From Thermoplasmata archaeon (lineage in GTDB: Archaea; Thermoplasmatota; Thermoplasmata; RBG-16-68-12), in contig DASQXV010000028.1 in the NCBI GenBank assembly GCA_035639595.1, positions 1-32,307 of the forward strand: 32,307 nucleotides of DNA, given 5' to 3'. Positions 16,525 to 24,614 of the stretch are shown one piece after another. Every line of letters begins with the position of its first letter. Position 1 is the stretch's first letter. The notes below the pieces were generated by a model. The model ran no database searches, was not told where the DNA came from, and worked only from the letters and a program-made list of their open reading frames with translations. A program made the translations under genes and the position numbers.

Positions 16525-17661
16525 TCACTTCCCAAGAACCGAGCGGGCGATGACGAGACGCTGGATCTCGGACGTCCCTTCGTAGATCTCCGTGACTCGT
16601 TGGTCGCGGTACAATTTCTCGACGACATAGTCCTTGATGAAGCCGTACCCGCCGTGGATCTGGACCGCCGCGTCCACGGCCCGATGGGCCGCCTCCGAGG
16701 CGAACAGCTTCGCGACGCTCGATTCGTACGTGTGCCGCCGACCCAGGTCCTTCATCTGCGCCGCCCGGTACGTGAGCAGCCTCGCGGCATCGATCTCCGT
16801 CGCCATGTCCGCGAGCTTCCACTGGATCGCCTGAAACCCCCCGATCTTCTGGCCGAACGCCTCCCGTTCCTTCGCGAACTTCGCGGATTCCTCCAGGGCC
16901 CGCTGCGCGATCCCGAGGGCCTGCGCCGCGATCCCGATGCGCCCGCCATCGAGGGTCGCCATGGCGATCGTGAAGCCCTTGTGCAGCTCTCCGAGCAGGT
17001 TGTCCTTCGGGATCCGCAGGTGGTCGAAGCCGAGGGACACCGTGTCGCTCGCCCGGATCCCCATCTTGTCCTCCTTCTTGAGGACGGAGAATCCGTCGGC
17101 GTCCGTCGGGATGATGAAGGCGGAGATCTCGTGCTTCTGCCGTCCCGTCCGGGCGTACGCGATGACGACCTTGGCGACGGAGGCGTTTGTGGCGAAGGAT
17201 TTCGTGCCGTTCAGGATCCACTCGTCCCCCTTCCGCTCGGCCGTCGTCCGCATCCCGGCGGCGTCCGACCCGCTCCCGGGCTCCGTGAGCGCGTAGGCCC
17301 CGATCCACTCGCCGCGGGCGACCGGCATCAGGTACCTCTGCTTCTGCTCTTCCGTCCCGTACCGGAGGAGGGGCTCGCACACGAGGCCGTTGCACACGGC
17401 GGCTATCACGCCGGCGCTCGCGTCCCCTCGGGATAACTCTTCAATCGTGATCGCGTAGGAGATGCTGTCGAGTCCCGACCCGCCGTACTTCTCCGGGACG
17501 TACACCCCGAAGAGGCCGAGCTCCCCCATCTTCTTCGCCCACGCGTGCGGGAACTCTTGGCTCTCGTCGAAGGCGCGGGAGTGCGGGACGACCTCTTGTT
17601 CCACGAAGGCGCGGACCGACTTCCTCGTGATGTCCTGGGTCTCGGTGGGCGCGAAGTCCAT
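16525..17661 (-). CDS. Acyl-CoA dehydrogenase (short/medium-chain type)
   Basis: 378 aa, collinear with butyryl-CoA-dehydrogenase-like enzymes. The C-terminal region QIHGGYGFIKDYVVEKLYRDQRVTEIYEGTSEIQ carries the catalytic Glu context. Confidence 0.95.
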   Translation of the reverse strand: MDFAPTETQDITRKSVRAFVEQEVVPHSRAFDESQEFPHAWAKKMGELGLFGVYVPEKYGGSGLDSISYAITIEELSRGDASAGVIAAVCNGLVCEPLLRYGTEEQKQRYLMPVARGEWIGAYALTEPGSGSDAAGMRTTAERKGDEWILNGTKSFATNASVAKVVIAYARTGRQKHEISAFIIPTDADGFSVLKKEDKMGIRASDTVSLGFDHLRIPKDNLLGELHKGFTIAMATLDGGRIGIAAQALGIAQRALEESAKFAKEREAFGQKIGGFQAIQWKLADMATEIDAARLLTYRAAQMKDLGRRHTYESSVAKLFASEAAHRAVDAAVQIHGGYGFIKDYVVEKLYRDQRVTEIYEGTSEIQRLVIARSVLGK

Positions 17662-17687
17662 CCGATCCGTCGAAGGGCCTGCGGCCG

Positions 17688-17694
17688 CATAAAG
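17688..17694. promoter_or_regulatory. Shared AT box (CATAAAG / CTTTATG) in the 50-nt divergent spacer between acd and the GNAT gene
   Basis: It is centred 29.5 nt from the acd ATG (17661) and about 21 nt from the GNAT ATG (17712). Confidence 0.4.
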
Positions 17695-17711
17695 CCGCGG
17701 TCCGAATCTTC

Positions 17712-18614
17712 ATGCCGCCGCTTCCCTTCCGCGGGTGCGTGGCCGTCGCCCTCGAGCCGCTGCAGAGCACGGAGGCCCATGCGTTCTGGCGCGTCTTCGT
17801 CTCCGGCCGGAGCGACCTCCCGACGGGCGACGTGACGGTCCACTTGGACCGATACCTGTCGCTGCCCCCGGAGGAGCAGCGGTCCCATTTCGCCGCGAAG
17901 AAGGATGGTCGGCTCATCGGCACGCTGCGGCTCGGGCCGGCGGAGATCTCCGGGTTCTCGATGGACCCGGGCCATGCCAAGGAGGCGCCCGCGGTCCTCC
18001 TGAAGGCCGTCGACCTCTTGCGCGCCCGCGGCGCGGCGTCGATCACGGGCCACTTCGAGGAACGGTACGAAGGAGCGTTCGCCGCCCTCGGGTTCCGCCG
18101 TGTGTTCGCACGCATGCGGATGGAGGCGCCGACGAGACGCTGGCCTCCGCGGGACCTGCCGTTGCAGCCGCCCGAGGAGGACGAGGTCCTCGGCCTGACG
18201 CGGTTCTTCCACGATGTGTACGACGGGCACATGGAACAGCAGTACGGGATACACGTCGGCTCCGAGGAGGAGTGGCGGGGTTACGTGGCGGGCCTCCTGA
18301 AGGGGGACTCGGGCCGGTTCATGCCCGACGCGTCGTACGTCCTCCTCGAGGGGGAGCGGATCGTCGGGGCGATCCTCCTCGCGCACTGGATGGGGATGCC
18401 GCTGATCGCGGAACTCGGGGTCGCGAAGGACCGGCGCGGACAGGGGATCGGCCGCGCCCTCGTGGAGGCGTCGATGGGGCGACTTGCGGGACTTGGGGAG
18501 CCGCGCATCGCGTTGTACGTCACCCTCGGGAACGATCCCGCGATCGGGCTGTATCGGTCTCTCGGGTTCTTCCAAGTGGGCGGCCAGTCCGTGACGGCCC
18601 GGCTCGAAGTGTGA
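17712..18614 (+). CDS. GNAT-family N-acetyltransferase, two-domain
   Basis: The C-terminal half carries AELGVAKDRRGQGIGRALVEASMGRLAGLG...LYRSLGF, a Q/RxxGxG/A acetyl-CoA loop. The N-terminal half is a degenerate GNAT-like region. Confidence 0.75.
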   Translation: MPPLPFRGCVAVALEPLQSTEAHAFWRVFVSGRSDLPTGDVTVHLDRYLSLPPEEQRSHFAAKKDGRLIGTLRLGPAEISGFSMDPGHAKEAPAVLLKAVDLLRARGAASITGHFEERYEGAFAALGFRRVFARMRMEAPTRRWPPRDLPLQPPEEDEVLGLTRFFHDVYDGHMEQQYGIHVGSEEEWRGYVAGLLKGDSGRFMPDASYVLLEGERIVGAILLAHWMGMPLIAELGVAKDRRGQGIGRALVEASMGRLAGLGEPRIALYVTLGNDPAIGLYRSLGFFQVGGQSVTARLEV

Positions 18615-18630
18615 AGCCCCGACCAGGGCG

Positions 18631-20190
18631 TCACGATGCCGGGAAGCTGACCGAGTGGCCCTCCGCCTGGCGGAGGGTCTTCGCCGGGGCGCGGATCCGG
18701 AACCCTTTGGTCCGGGCGTACCGCTCCATGATGTTCAGGATGTACCGGCCTCCGATCTGGCCCGTCAGGACGACCATCGTCCGGAGGGGCAACGGGAGGT
18801 CGGTGAGGCGCCACAGGTCCTTGTCGATCTCGCGGAGGACATGCCTCCACGCGCGGTACGCGATGTTGAACCGCGCCTCATCGATCATCTTGTCCATCTC
18901 GTAGAACTCCTCCCCGCGCAGGACGCCGATCGGCACGAAGGTCAGCGGGGCGGTGACGAAGTGCCCGTTCGGGATCTGCTCCATGCGGTCGATCAGGTCG
19001 ACCGTCATCCAGGCGTCGTCCGCGGTCTCCCCCGGGAGGCCGAGGATGATCGTGTACGCCGGGTACCAGTAGTTGCGGTTCAGGATCTCGGTCCCCTCGA
19101 CGACGAGGTCGGGCCACTCCTCCGCGGTGAAGGGCGCCGCCTTCCGGTGGAGGACCGCCCGGGAGAGGGCGGGGCTTCCCGTCTCGATCCCGCTCTGGAT
19201 CCCGATCCACTTCCGCGGGCCTCCGCGGACGATCTTCGTGAGGTCCTCGATCATGCCCGGGTTCGTGACCGCCGCGCTCACGGTCCCGTGGGTCGGATAG
19301 ACGTGGGTGACGCCGGGCTGGTCCATGACGAAGCGGAAGAGCTCCTTCACCGCGTCCTCGTTCGGCTCCATCGTCCTCCAGTTTTCCAAGCGGTAGAGGA
19401 AGATGTCGTCCGAGTGGAGCTGAATCGACGACTGTCCGTCCCGGGCGTTCATCGCGACCTCGTCCGCGATGTAGTCGAGGGGGAAGTAGCGGGGCCGCCG
19501 GAGGGTGACCTCGCAGAATTCGCAGCCTCGGCCGCAGCCGCGCATGACCTCGTTCATCGCGTGCATCGTCGGGCCGAGGATCTTCGGGATCTGCTCGACG
19601 GACGGCGCGGTCGCATTCGTGAATCGCATGACGGGCGGCGCGTCCCCGCGGGCGACGCGGTCGAAGATCTCCGGGACGAGGTGGTCCACCTCCCCGTGGA
19701 CGATGTGGTCGATCCCGAGGGACTGCTGCATTCCTTCGCGGTAGTCGAAGTGCCACGCGCCCGGCCCGCCGAGGATGACCTTGTACTTGCGACCCGACCG
19801 TTGGACCCCATGGACCAATTCGAGAAACTTCGCCTTCGTGTACGGCGTGAGGATGCCGCCCATCGTGAAGGACATGCTCACGGGTCCCAAGCCGAGCGGG
19901 TCCATTGAGTGGAGGCCGACGACCTCCGTGTCGTCGCCGATGAACTCCCCGACGTTTCGGGGGTCTGCGATGACGACGGAGTCGCGGCCGTGGGCCTGGA
20001 CGAGCGACGCCTCGATCTTGCGGAGGCCGTACGGCACGCGGGTGGGCCGGCCGCCGTCCGAGGGCGGAGGGTTCGCGAGGATGCGGAAGACCAGGCGCGA
20101 TTGCCAGTAGTCCGTCGGGATGCAACTGAAGAAGGTCGCGAGAGGGACGTTACGGTAGTCCGTCATCAGGGTGTAGTCGGCCGCCAGCAC
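18631..20190 (-). CDS. Radical SAM enzyme, COG1032-like (B12-binding-domain class by architecture)
   Basis: CGRGCEFC is the CX3CX2C cluster motif, preceded by an N-terminal Rossmann-like region of about 190 aa. The start at 20190 is a GTG; an alternative ATG is at 20166. I cannot verify a cobalamin-binding motif. Confidence 0.85.
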   Translation of the reverse strand: MLAADYTLMTDYRNVPLATFFSCIPTDYWQSRLVFRILANPPPSDGGRPTRVPYGLRKIEASLVQAHGRDSVVIADPRNVGEFIGDDTEVVGLHSMDPLGLGPVSMSFTMGGILTPYTKAKFLELVHGVQRSGRKYKVILGGPGAWHFDYREGMQQSLGIDHIVHGEVDHLVPEIFDRVARGDAPPVMRFTNATAPSVEQIPKILGPTMHAMNEVMRGCGRGCEFCEVTLRRPRYFPLDYIADEVAMNARDGQSSIQLHSDDIFLYRLENWRTMEPNEDAVKELFRFVMDQPGVTHVYPTHGTVSAAVTNPGMIEDLTKIVRGGPRKWIGIQSGIETGSPALSRAVLHRKAAPFTAEEWPDLVVEGTEILNRNYWYPAYTIILGLPGETADDAWMTVDLIDRMEQIPNGHFVTAPLTFVPIGVLRGEEFYEMDKMIDEARFNIAYRAWRHVLREIDKDLWRLTDLPLPLRTMVVLTGQIGGRYILNIMERYARTKGFRIRAPAKTLRQAEGHSVSFPAS

Positions 20191-20345
20191 GTACTTCGCG
20201 ATCGCATTCCCTCCCCGGGTGGTTGGGGCCCGCTCGTCCTCCGAATCTCGGAGAGCGCGGGGCCGGAATGAGCGAGTTCTCTTAGATATAGATTCCGACC
20301 GGCGGTTCGAGTCGCCCCCGGCCCCGGTCCGGAGACGAAAGGGTT

Positions 20346-20861
20346 ATGCCGGGGCCGTCTCTCGTCGCGGGCGACGGTCCGTCGATGGTCGACGTGGGAC
20401 AAAAGGCGCCGGATTTTACCATGCTGAGCGACGAGGCCAAGCCCGTGACGTTGTCGAAGGAATTGGGGCAAGGCCCCGTGATTCTGTCCTTCTACGTGTT
20501 CGACTTCACGCCGACGTGCCAGGGCCAACTGTGCTCGTTGCGGGATTCCCTGGGCGACCTTCAGGCGATCGGTGCGAAAGTGTTCGGGATTAGCACGGAC
20601 AGTCACCACAGCCACCGGATCTTCAAGGAGCAGAACCGGATCAACTACCCCCTGCTGAGCGACTGGAACCGGACGGTCAGCAAGGCCTTCGGCGTCCAGT
20701 ACGACCGGTTCGGGACCTTCGGGCTCCAGGGCGTCGCGAAACGGTCCGTCTTCGTCCTCGATCGGACCGGCGTCGTGCGGTACAAGTGGGTCACGGAGGA
20801 CCCGAAGGTGCCGCCGGACCACGCGAAGGTCCTCGAGGAAGTCAAGAAGTGGGCCCGCTGA
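20346..20861 (+). CDS. Peroxiredoxin, Bcp/PrxQ type
   Basis: VGQKAPDFTM...VILSFYVFDFTPTCQGQLCSL places the peroxidatic Cys in a T-P-x-C context, with a second Cys in CxxxxC spacing. The ATG at 20346 has GGAG 13 nt upstream. The alternative ATG at 20385 gives the more typical N-terminus MVDVGQKAPDF. Confidence 0.85.
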   Translation: MPGPSLVAGDGPSMVDVGQKAPDFTMLSDEAKPVTLSKELGQGPVILSFYVFDFTPTCQGQLCSLRDSLGDLQAIGAKVFGISTDSHHSHRIFKEQNRINYPLLSDWNRTVSKAFGVQYDRFGTFGLQGVAKRSVFVLDRTGVVRYKWVTEDPKVPPDHAKVLEEVKKWAR

Positions 20862-22056
20862 TTCCGAGGGACCGGAGGGCCTCGTCGGCGCCGCGGACGA
20901 CCGGCGCCGTCACCGGACCGCCCGATCCGCGGGCCGTTCCCGTGTTCACGAGGACCACCCGGTCGTCCCCGGTGATGACGCCGTCGTCGAAGAGTCGTCG
21001 GAGTCCGGCCAGGGTCGCGGCTCCCTCGAGGCACGCGCTGATCCCTTCGAAGGTCGCGAGGTTCTGGGCGGAGACGCGCATCGCGTCCTCCGATACCGCG
21101 ACGGCGGCCCCGCGGGTCTCCCGGATCGCTGCAAGGACGATGCGGTCGGCGAGGGTCGATGGCACCCGGAGGCCGGCCGCCTCCGTGCGGGGATCGGGCC
21201 ACGGCTCGGCGCGGTCCCTCCCCTCCTTCCACGCCTTCACGAGCGGCGCGCAACCCTCCGCTTGCACGACCGCGAAGCGGGGCCATGGGCCATCGTACCA
21301 TCCGAGGTCCCGCAGCTCGTGGAGGGCCTTCCACATCCCCGCGATCCCGGTCCCGCCTCCGGTCGGGAAGAGGATCCAGTCCGGGAGACCTGCCAGCGCC
21401 TCCCAGATTTCGAGGAGCATGGTCTTCTTCCCCTCGACGCGGTAGGGCTCCCGCAGGGTCGCGAGATTGAAGGCACCCGTCAAGCGGGCGAGCTCCCCCG
21501 CGATGCGTCCGGCCTGCACGATGTCCCCGTCCACCCGGAGGAGGCGAGCGCCGAAGTCGATCGCCTCGCGGGCCGCGTCCTCGGAGCCGTCCCGAGCGAG
21601 GAGGACCGTCGAGCCCAAGCCGTACGCGGCGGCATACGCCGCGAACGCCGCCCCCGCGTTCCCCGCGGTGGGGACGACGAGGTCGTACGCCCCGAGGGCC
21701 TGGGCCATGGGGACCGCGACGGCCATCCCGCGGGCCTTGAAGGTCCCCGTCGGATTGCGTCCTTCGTCCTTGACATACAGGGCCGCGAGCTTCATGCGGG
21801 CGACGCGTCCTCCGGAACCGAGACGGGTGAGGCGAATCAGGGGCGTCCCGCCCTCGCCCCGGGAGCGGATCTTCGATTCGTCGAGGGGCAGCAGCGGCGC
21901 GTATCGCCACAGGTCGCCCCGCCGGAGCAGGCGATCCTTCGTCAATCCGTCCCAATCGTATCGGGCGAACAGAGGGCCGCCGCAGTCGCAGGTGTTGATC
22001 AGCTGGACCGCGTGGTGTTTCGAACACGCGGTGCATTCGAGGAACACGGGACGCAC
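20842..22056 (-). CDS. thrC: Threonine synthase-like PLP-dependent enzyme
   Basis: N-terminal Cys-rich ribbon (LECTACSKHH...CDCGGPLFARYD), WRYAPLLPL...EGGTPL, and the PLP-lysine motif NPTGTFKARG. Track ORF 20842..22797 was trimmed because its 5' part is antisense to larE. The start is the GTG at 22056 or at 22047. The 3' end overlaps the convergent peroxiredoxin gene by 20 nt. Confidence 0.8.
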   Translation of the reverse strand: MRPVFLECTACSKHHAVQLINTCDCGGPLFARYDWDGLTKDRLLRRGDLWRYAPLLPLDESKIRSRGEGGTPLIRLTRLGSGGRVARMKLAALYVKDEGRNPTGTFKARGMAVAVPMAQALGAYDLVVPTAGNAGAAFAAYAAAYGLGSTVLLARDGSEDAAREAIDFGARLLRVDGDIVQAGRIAGELARLTGAFNLATLREPYRVEGKKTMLLEIWEALAGLPDWILFPTGGGTGIAGMWKALHELRDLGWYDGPWPRFAVVQAEGCAPLVKAWKEGRDRAEPWPDPRTEAAGLRVPSTLADRIVLAAIRETRGAAVAVSEDAMRVSAQNLATFEGISACLEGAATLAGLRRLFDDGVITGDDRVVLVNTGTARGSGGPVTAPVVRGADEALRSLGISGPTS

Positions 22057-22100
22057 GGGCTCGGCATGGAGCGGGGGCGGATACGGTTTGGCCCTCGATG

Positions 22101-22109
22101 CCTTTATCG
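22101..22109 (+). promoter_or_regulatory. TATA-like box CCTTTATCG in the 78-nt thrC/larE divergent spacer
   Basis: It is centred 29.5 nt upstream of the larE-like ATG at 22135 (leaderless geometry) and about 49 nt from the thrC-like GTG at 22056. Confidence 0.45.
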
Positions 22110-22134
22110 TCCCGACGCGTCTTCGTTGCGTTGC

Positions 22135-22959
22135 ATGGGAACCGGCGCCTCCGCACTCGACCTTCGACGCGCCTATGACGGCATGGTCGACGCGATGCGC
22201 TCGCGGGAGAGGGTGCTCGTCGCCTTCTCCGGCGGCGTGGACAGCGGCCTGGTCGCCCGCGTCGCCCACGATGCCCTCGGGGACCGCGCGCTGGCGGTCC
22301 TCGCGGATGCCGAATCCCTCTCGCGGCGGGAGTTGGACGAAGCGACCTCCGAGGCCGCGGAGATCGGGATCCGCCTGCAGACGGTCGCGGTGTCCGAGCT
22401 CGCGAACCCCACGTATGTCGCGAACCCGACGAACCGATGCTACTTCTGCCGGACGGAATTGGGCGCGGCCTTGAAGCCGATCGCCGCGGAGACGGGCGCG
22501 CGCGCGATCGCGGACGGCGTGAACCTCTCCGACCTGGGCGACCACCGGCCGGGGATCCAGGCGATGAACGAGGCGGGGTTCTGGCATCCCTTGGTCGAGT
22601 TCGGGTTCCGGAAGGAGGACGTGCGGGCCCTCGCTCGGGAGCTGGGCCTCAGCTTCCATGCGAAGCCGAGCAACGCCTGCCTGTCCTCGCGGATCGCGTA
22701 CGGGGAGGTGATCACGGTGGAAAAGCTGCGACGCGTGGAGGCCGCGGAGGACGCTGTCCGCAGCCTCGGGTTCCCGGTCGTCCGGGTCCGGGCTCACGAG
22801 GGCGTCGCGCGGATCGAGGTCCCGAAGGCGGACCTCGCGCGCCTGGTCGAGCCCGGGATGGCCGCGAAGGTCGCGGAGGCCGTCCGCGCCGCGGGGTTCG
22901 TGTACGTCACGGTCGACCTGCTCGGCTACCGCAGCGGCTCGATGAACGAGGGCCTGTGA
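22135..22959 (+). CDS. larE: LarE-like PP-loop ATP-dependent sulfur transferase (TIGR00268-type)
   Basis: In-frame ATG at 22135 within track ORF 21262..22959. SGGVDS PP-loop at aa 32-37. Cys102/Cys105 (NRCYFCRTEL) and Cys182 (PSNACLSSRIAYGE). 274 aa. Confidence 0.75.
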   Translation: MGTGASALDLRRAYDGMVDAMRSRERVLVAFSGGVDSGLVARVAHDALGDRALAVLADAESLSRRELDEATSEAAEIGIRLQTVAVSELANPTYVANPTNRCYFCRTELGAALKPIAAETGARAIADGVNLSDLGDHRPGIQAMNEAGFWHPLVEFGFRKEDVRALARELGLSFHAKPSNACLSSRIAYGEVITVEKLRRVEAAEDAVRSLGFPVVRVRAHEGVARIEVPKADLARLVEPGMAAKVAEAVRAAGFVYVTVDLLGYRSGSMNEGL

Positions 22960-23062
22960 CCCGCGTCATGCTCCCGTCGATCCTCGGCGCTGAACCATTA
23001 AATATTACGCCGTTATCGACACATGTGGAGTCGGCTCGGACGGAGCCGGGGAGCGACCTGCG

Positions 23063-23968
23063 GTGGCGGCGAGCGTCGGCGTCATTCCGAGCCTCATCGT
23101 CGGCCTTCGGGAGGGGATCGAGGCCGCGCTTGTGATCGGCATCTTTCTCGGATACCTTTCGAAGATCGGCCGTACCGATCTCAAACGCCATGTGTACGCA
23201 GGCACCGTGGCCGCGGGCCTCCTCAGCGCGGTCATTGCCGGGATCCTGTTCTCCCTGACAATCGGCTTCTCCGGCGTCGGTGAGCAGCTCTTCGAGGGCG
23301 CGGCGATGCTCGTCGCGGTCGCCGTGATCACGTCCATGGTCCTGTGGATGATCAAGGCCTCCCGCAACATCAAGGCCCACGTTCAGCAACGGATCGATGC
23401 GGCGTTGGGCGAGCGCCGGGCCCTCGGCCTCGCTCTGCTCGCCTTCGTCGTCGTCCTCCGGGAAGGGATCGAGACCGCCTTGTTCGTGTTCGGCGTCGGG
23501 GAGTTGACCTCGCCGATCGAGGCGGTCATCGGGATTGGCCTCGGACTCCTCGTGGCCGGGATCATCGGGATCGGGATCGTCCGGGTTTCGTGGCGCTTGA
23601 ACCTGAAACAGTTCTTCCGGGTGACCGGCGTGTTCCTCGTCGTCATCGCCGCCGGCCTGTTCGCCCACGCGGTCCACGAGCTCCAAGAGGCCTCCGGTTC
23701 CGGGTTCGGGGCGGCGCCCCTGTACGACCTCAGCGCCGTCTTCCCGCACGACGCATCGAATCCCGCGGGCTATCTCCTCCGGGGGATCATCGGATACAAC
23801 GCGACGCCGACGGTCCTCGAAGGCGCCGCGTACCTTGCCTATTGGGTCGTCCTCGTCCTCGTCTATCTCGGGATCCGGTCCGGAAAAATCGCGGTCGTCG
23901 CGGATCCGCTGCGGCGCATGTGGCACGGGGTCCTGCGCCGGGGACGGAAGCCGAACGTCGCTCCGTGA
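23063..23968 (+). CDS. FTR1/EfeU-family high-affinity iron permease
   Basis: Two REGxE motifs (LREGIEAAL and LREGIETAL) in a polytopic membrane protein of 301 aa. GTG start at 23063. An AT-rich box, ATTAAATATTA, lies at 22997..23007. Confidence 0.85.
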   Translation: MAASVGVIPSLIVGLREGIEAALVIGIFLGYLSKIGRTDLKRHVYAGTVAAGLLSAVIAGILFSLTIGFSGVGEQLFEGAAMLVAVAVITSMVLWMIKASRNIKAHVQQRIDAALGERRALGLALLAFVVVLREGIETALFVFGVGELTSPIEAVIGIGLGLLVAGIIGIGIVRVSWRLNLKQFFRVTGVFLVVIAAGLFAHAVHELQEASGSGFGAAPLYDLSAVFPHDASNPAGYLLRGIIGYNATPTVLEGAAYLAYWVVLVLVYLGIRSGKIAVVADPLRRMWHGVLRRGRKPNVAP

Positions 23969-23998
23969 CCGAAACGGCGGCCCAGAGACCGGCTCGTC

Positions 23999-24427
23999 TC
24001 AGGGAGAAATCTTGATTGCCTTCGTCGGGCAGGCGGTCTCGCACGCCATGCAATCGATGCAGTCCGACTCCCGAATCATGTCGGACTTGTCCGTGCGGTA
24101 CTTCTTCCACTCCCCGCTGTTGTGGTCCAAAGGACCGATGTCGTTCCCGGTCCCCTTCTTCCCCGGGGCGAGGAGCCACTCGAAGACGTCGACGGGGCAT
24201 ACGTCCATGCAGACGCCGTCCGCGACGCAGGCCTCGAAATCCACCGCAACGTGCAACCCGTGGATCCCCAGGGCCGTGGGATAGGGATTCCCGTCCGCGT
24301 CCTGCCGCGTGATTCCCTCGGCGAACACCTTGTGCTCGAAGTGGGTCCCGGTCTCCGGGTACTCGTCCGGCTTGTTCATGAAGTCGGGATCGATGGGCTT
24401 CGGTTCGTAGTCCACCTCGCGCGACAT
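23999..24427 (-). CDS. Zinc-containing 7Fe-type dicluster ferredoxin (Sulfolobus/Thermoplasma type)
   Basis: LGIHGLHVAVDFEACVADGVCMDVCPVDVFEW contains the C-x2-D-x2-C-x3-CP 3Fe-4S motif, and CIDCMACETACP is a 4Fe-4S motif. There is a His-containing N-terminal extension. The ATG at 24427 has AGGAG 7 nt upstream; the track start at 24490 is a GTG. Confidence 0.85.
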   Translation of the reverse strand: MSREVDYEPKPIDPDFMNKPDEYPETGTHFEHKVFAEGITRQDADGNPYPTALGIHGLHVAVDFEACVADGVCMDVCPVDVFEWLLAPGKKGTGNDIGPLDHNSGEWKKYRTDKSDMIRESDCIDCMACETACPTKAIKISP

Positions 24428-24512
24428 GCCACAGCTCCTGAAGGTCTCGTACCCGGCCGCGAACACGGCCGGGCGGTGGTTCGAATACACCCCCCCTTCT
24501 TGACCTTTCCGG

Positions 24513-24520
24513 TTTTATTC
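24513..24520 (-). promoter_or_regulatory. AT-rich box (minus strand AATAAAAC) upstream of the ferredoxin gene
   Basis: It is centred about 26 nt from the GTG at 24490 and about 90 nt from the ATG at 24427. The same spacer also serves the divergent PLP-enzyme gene. Confidence 0.3.
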
Positions 24521-24614
24521 GCATCGCACCCGATTTCGTCGTGGAGTCGGGAGGGCCTGGAGCGTCGGCGGATGAACCGCAAACCTATTTCGCCGCTCCG
24601 CCGGTCCCCCGGAC

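Noticed and set aside
22057-22797. Upstream extension of the thrC-like ORF (track 20842..22797)
   Set aside because: It is antisense to the well-supported larE-like gene and low-complexity. ThrC homology begins at the Cys-rich ribbon just after the GTG at 22056 or 22047.
24521-24614. Possible riboswitch in the ~100-nt region upstream of the Cys/Met PLP-enzyme gene
   Set aside because: Only short generic GC hairpins are present (CCCGA...TCGGG, GGAGCG...CGCTCC), with no resemblance I can see to SAM or other riboswitch cores. A T-rich box, CCTATTTCG, about 27 nt upstream of the GTG suggests a leaderless transcript instead.
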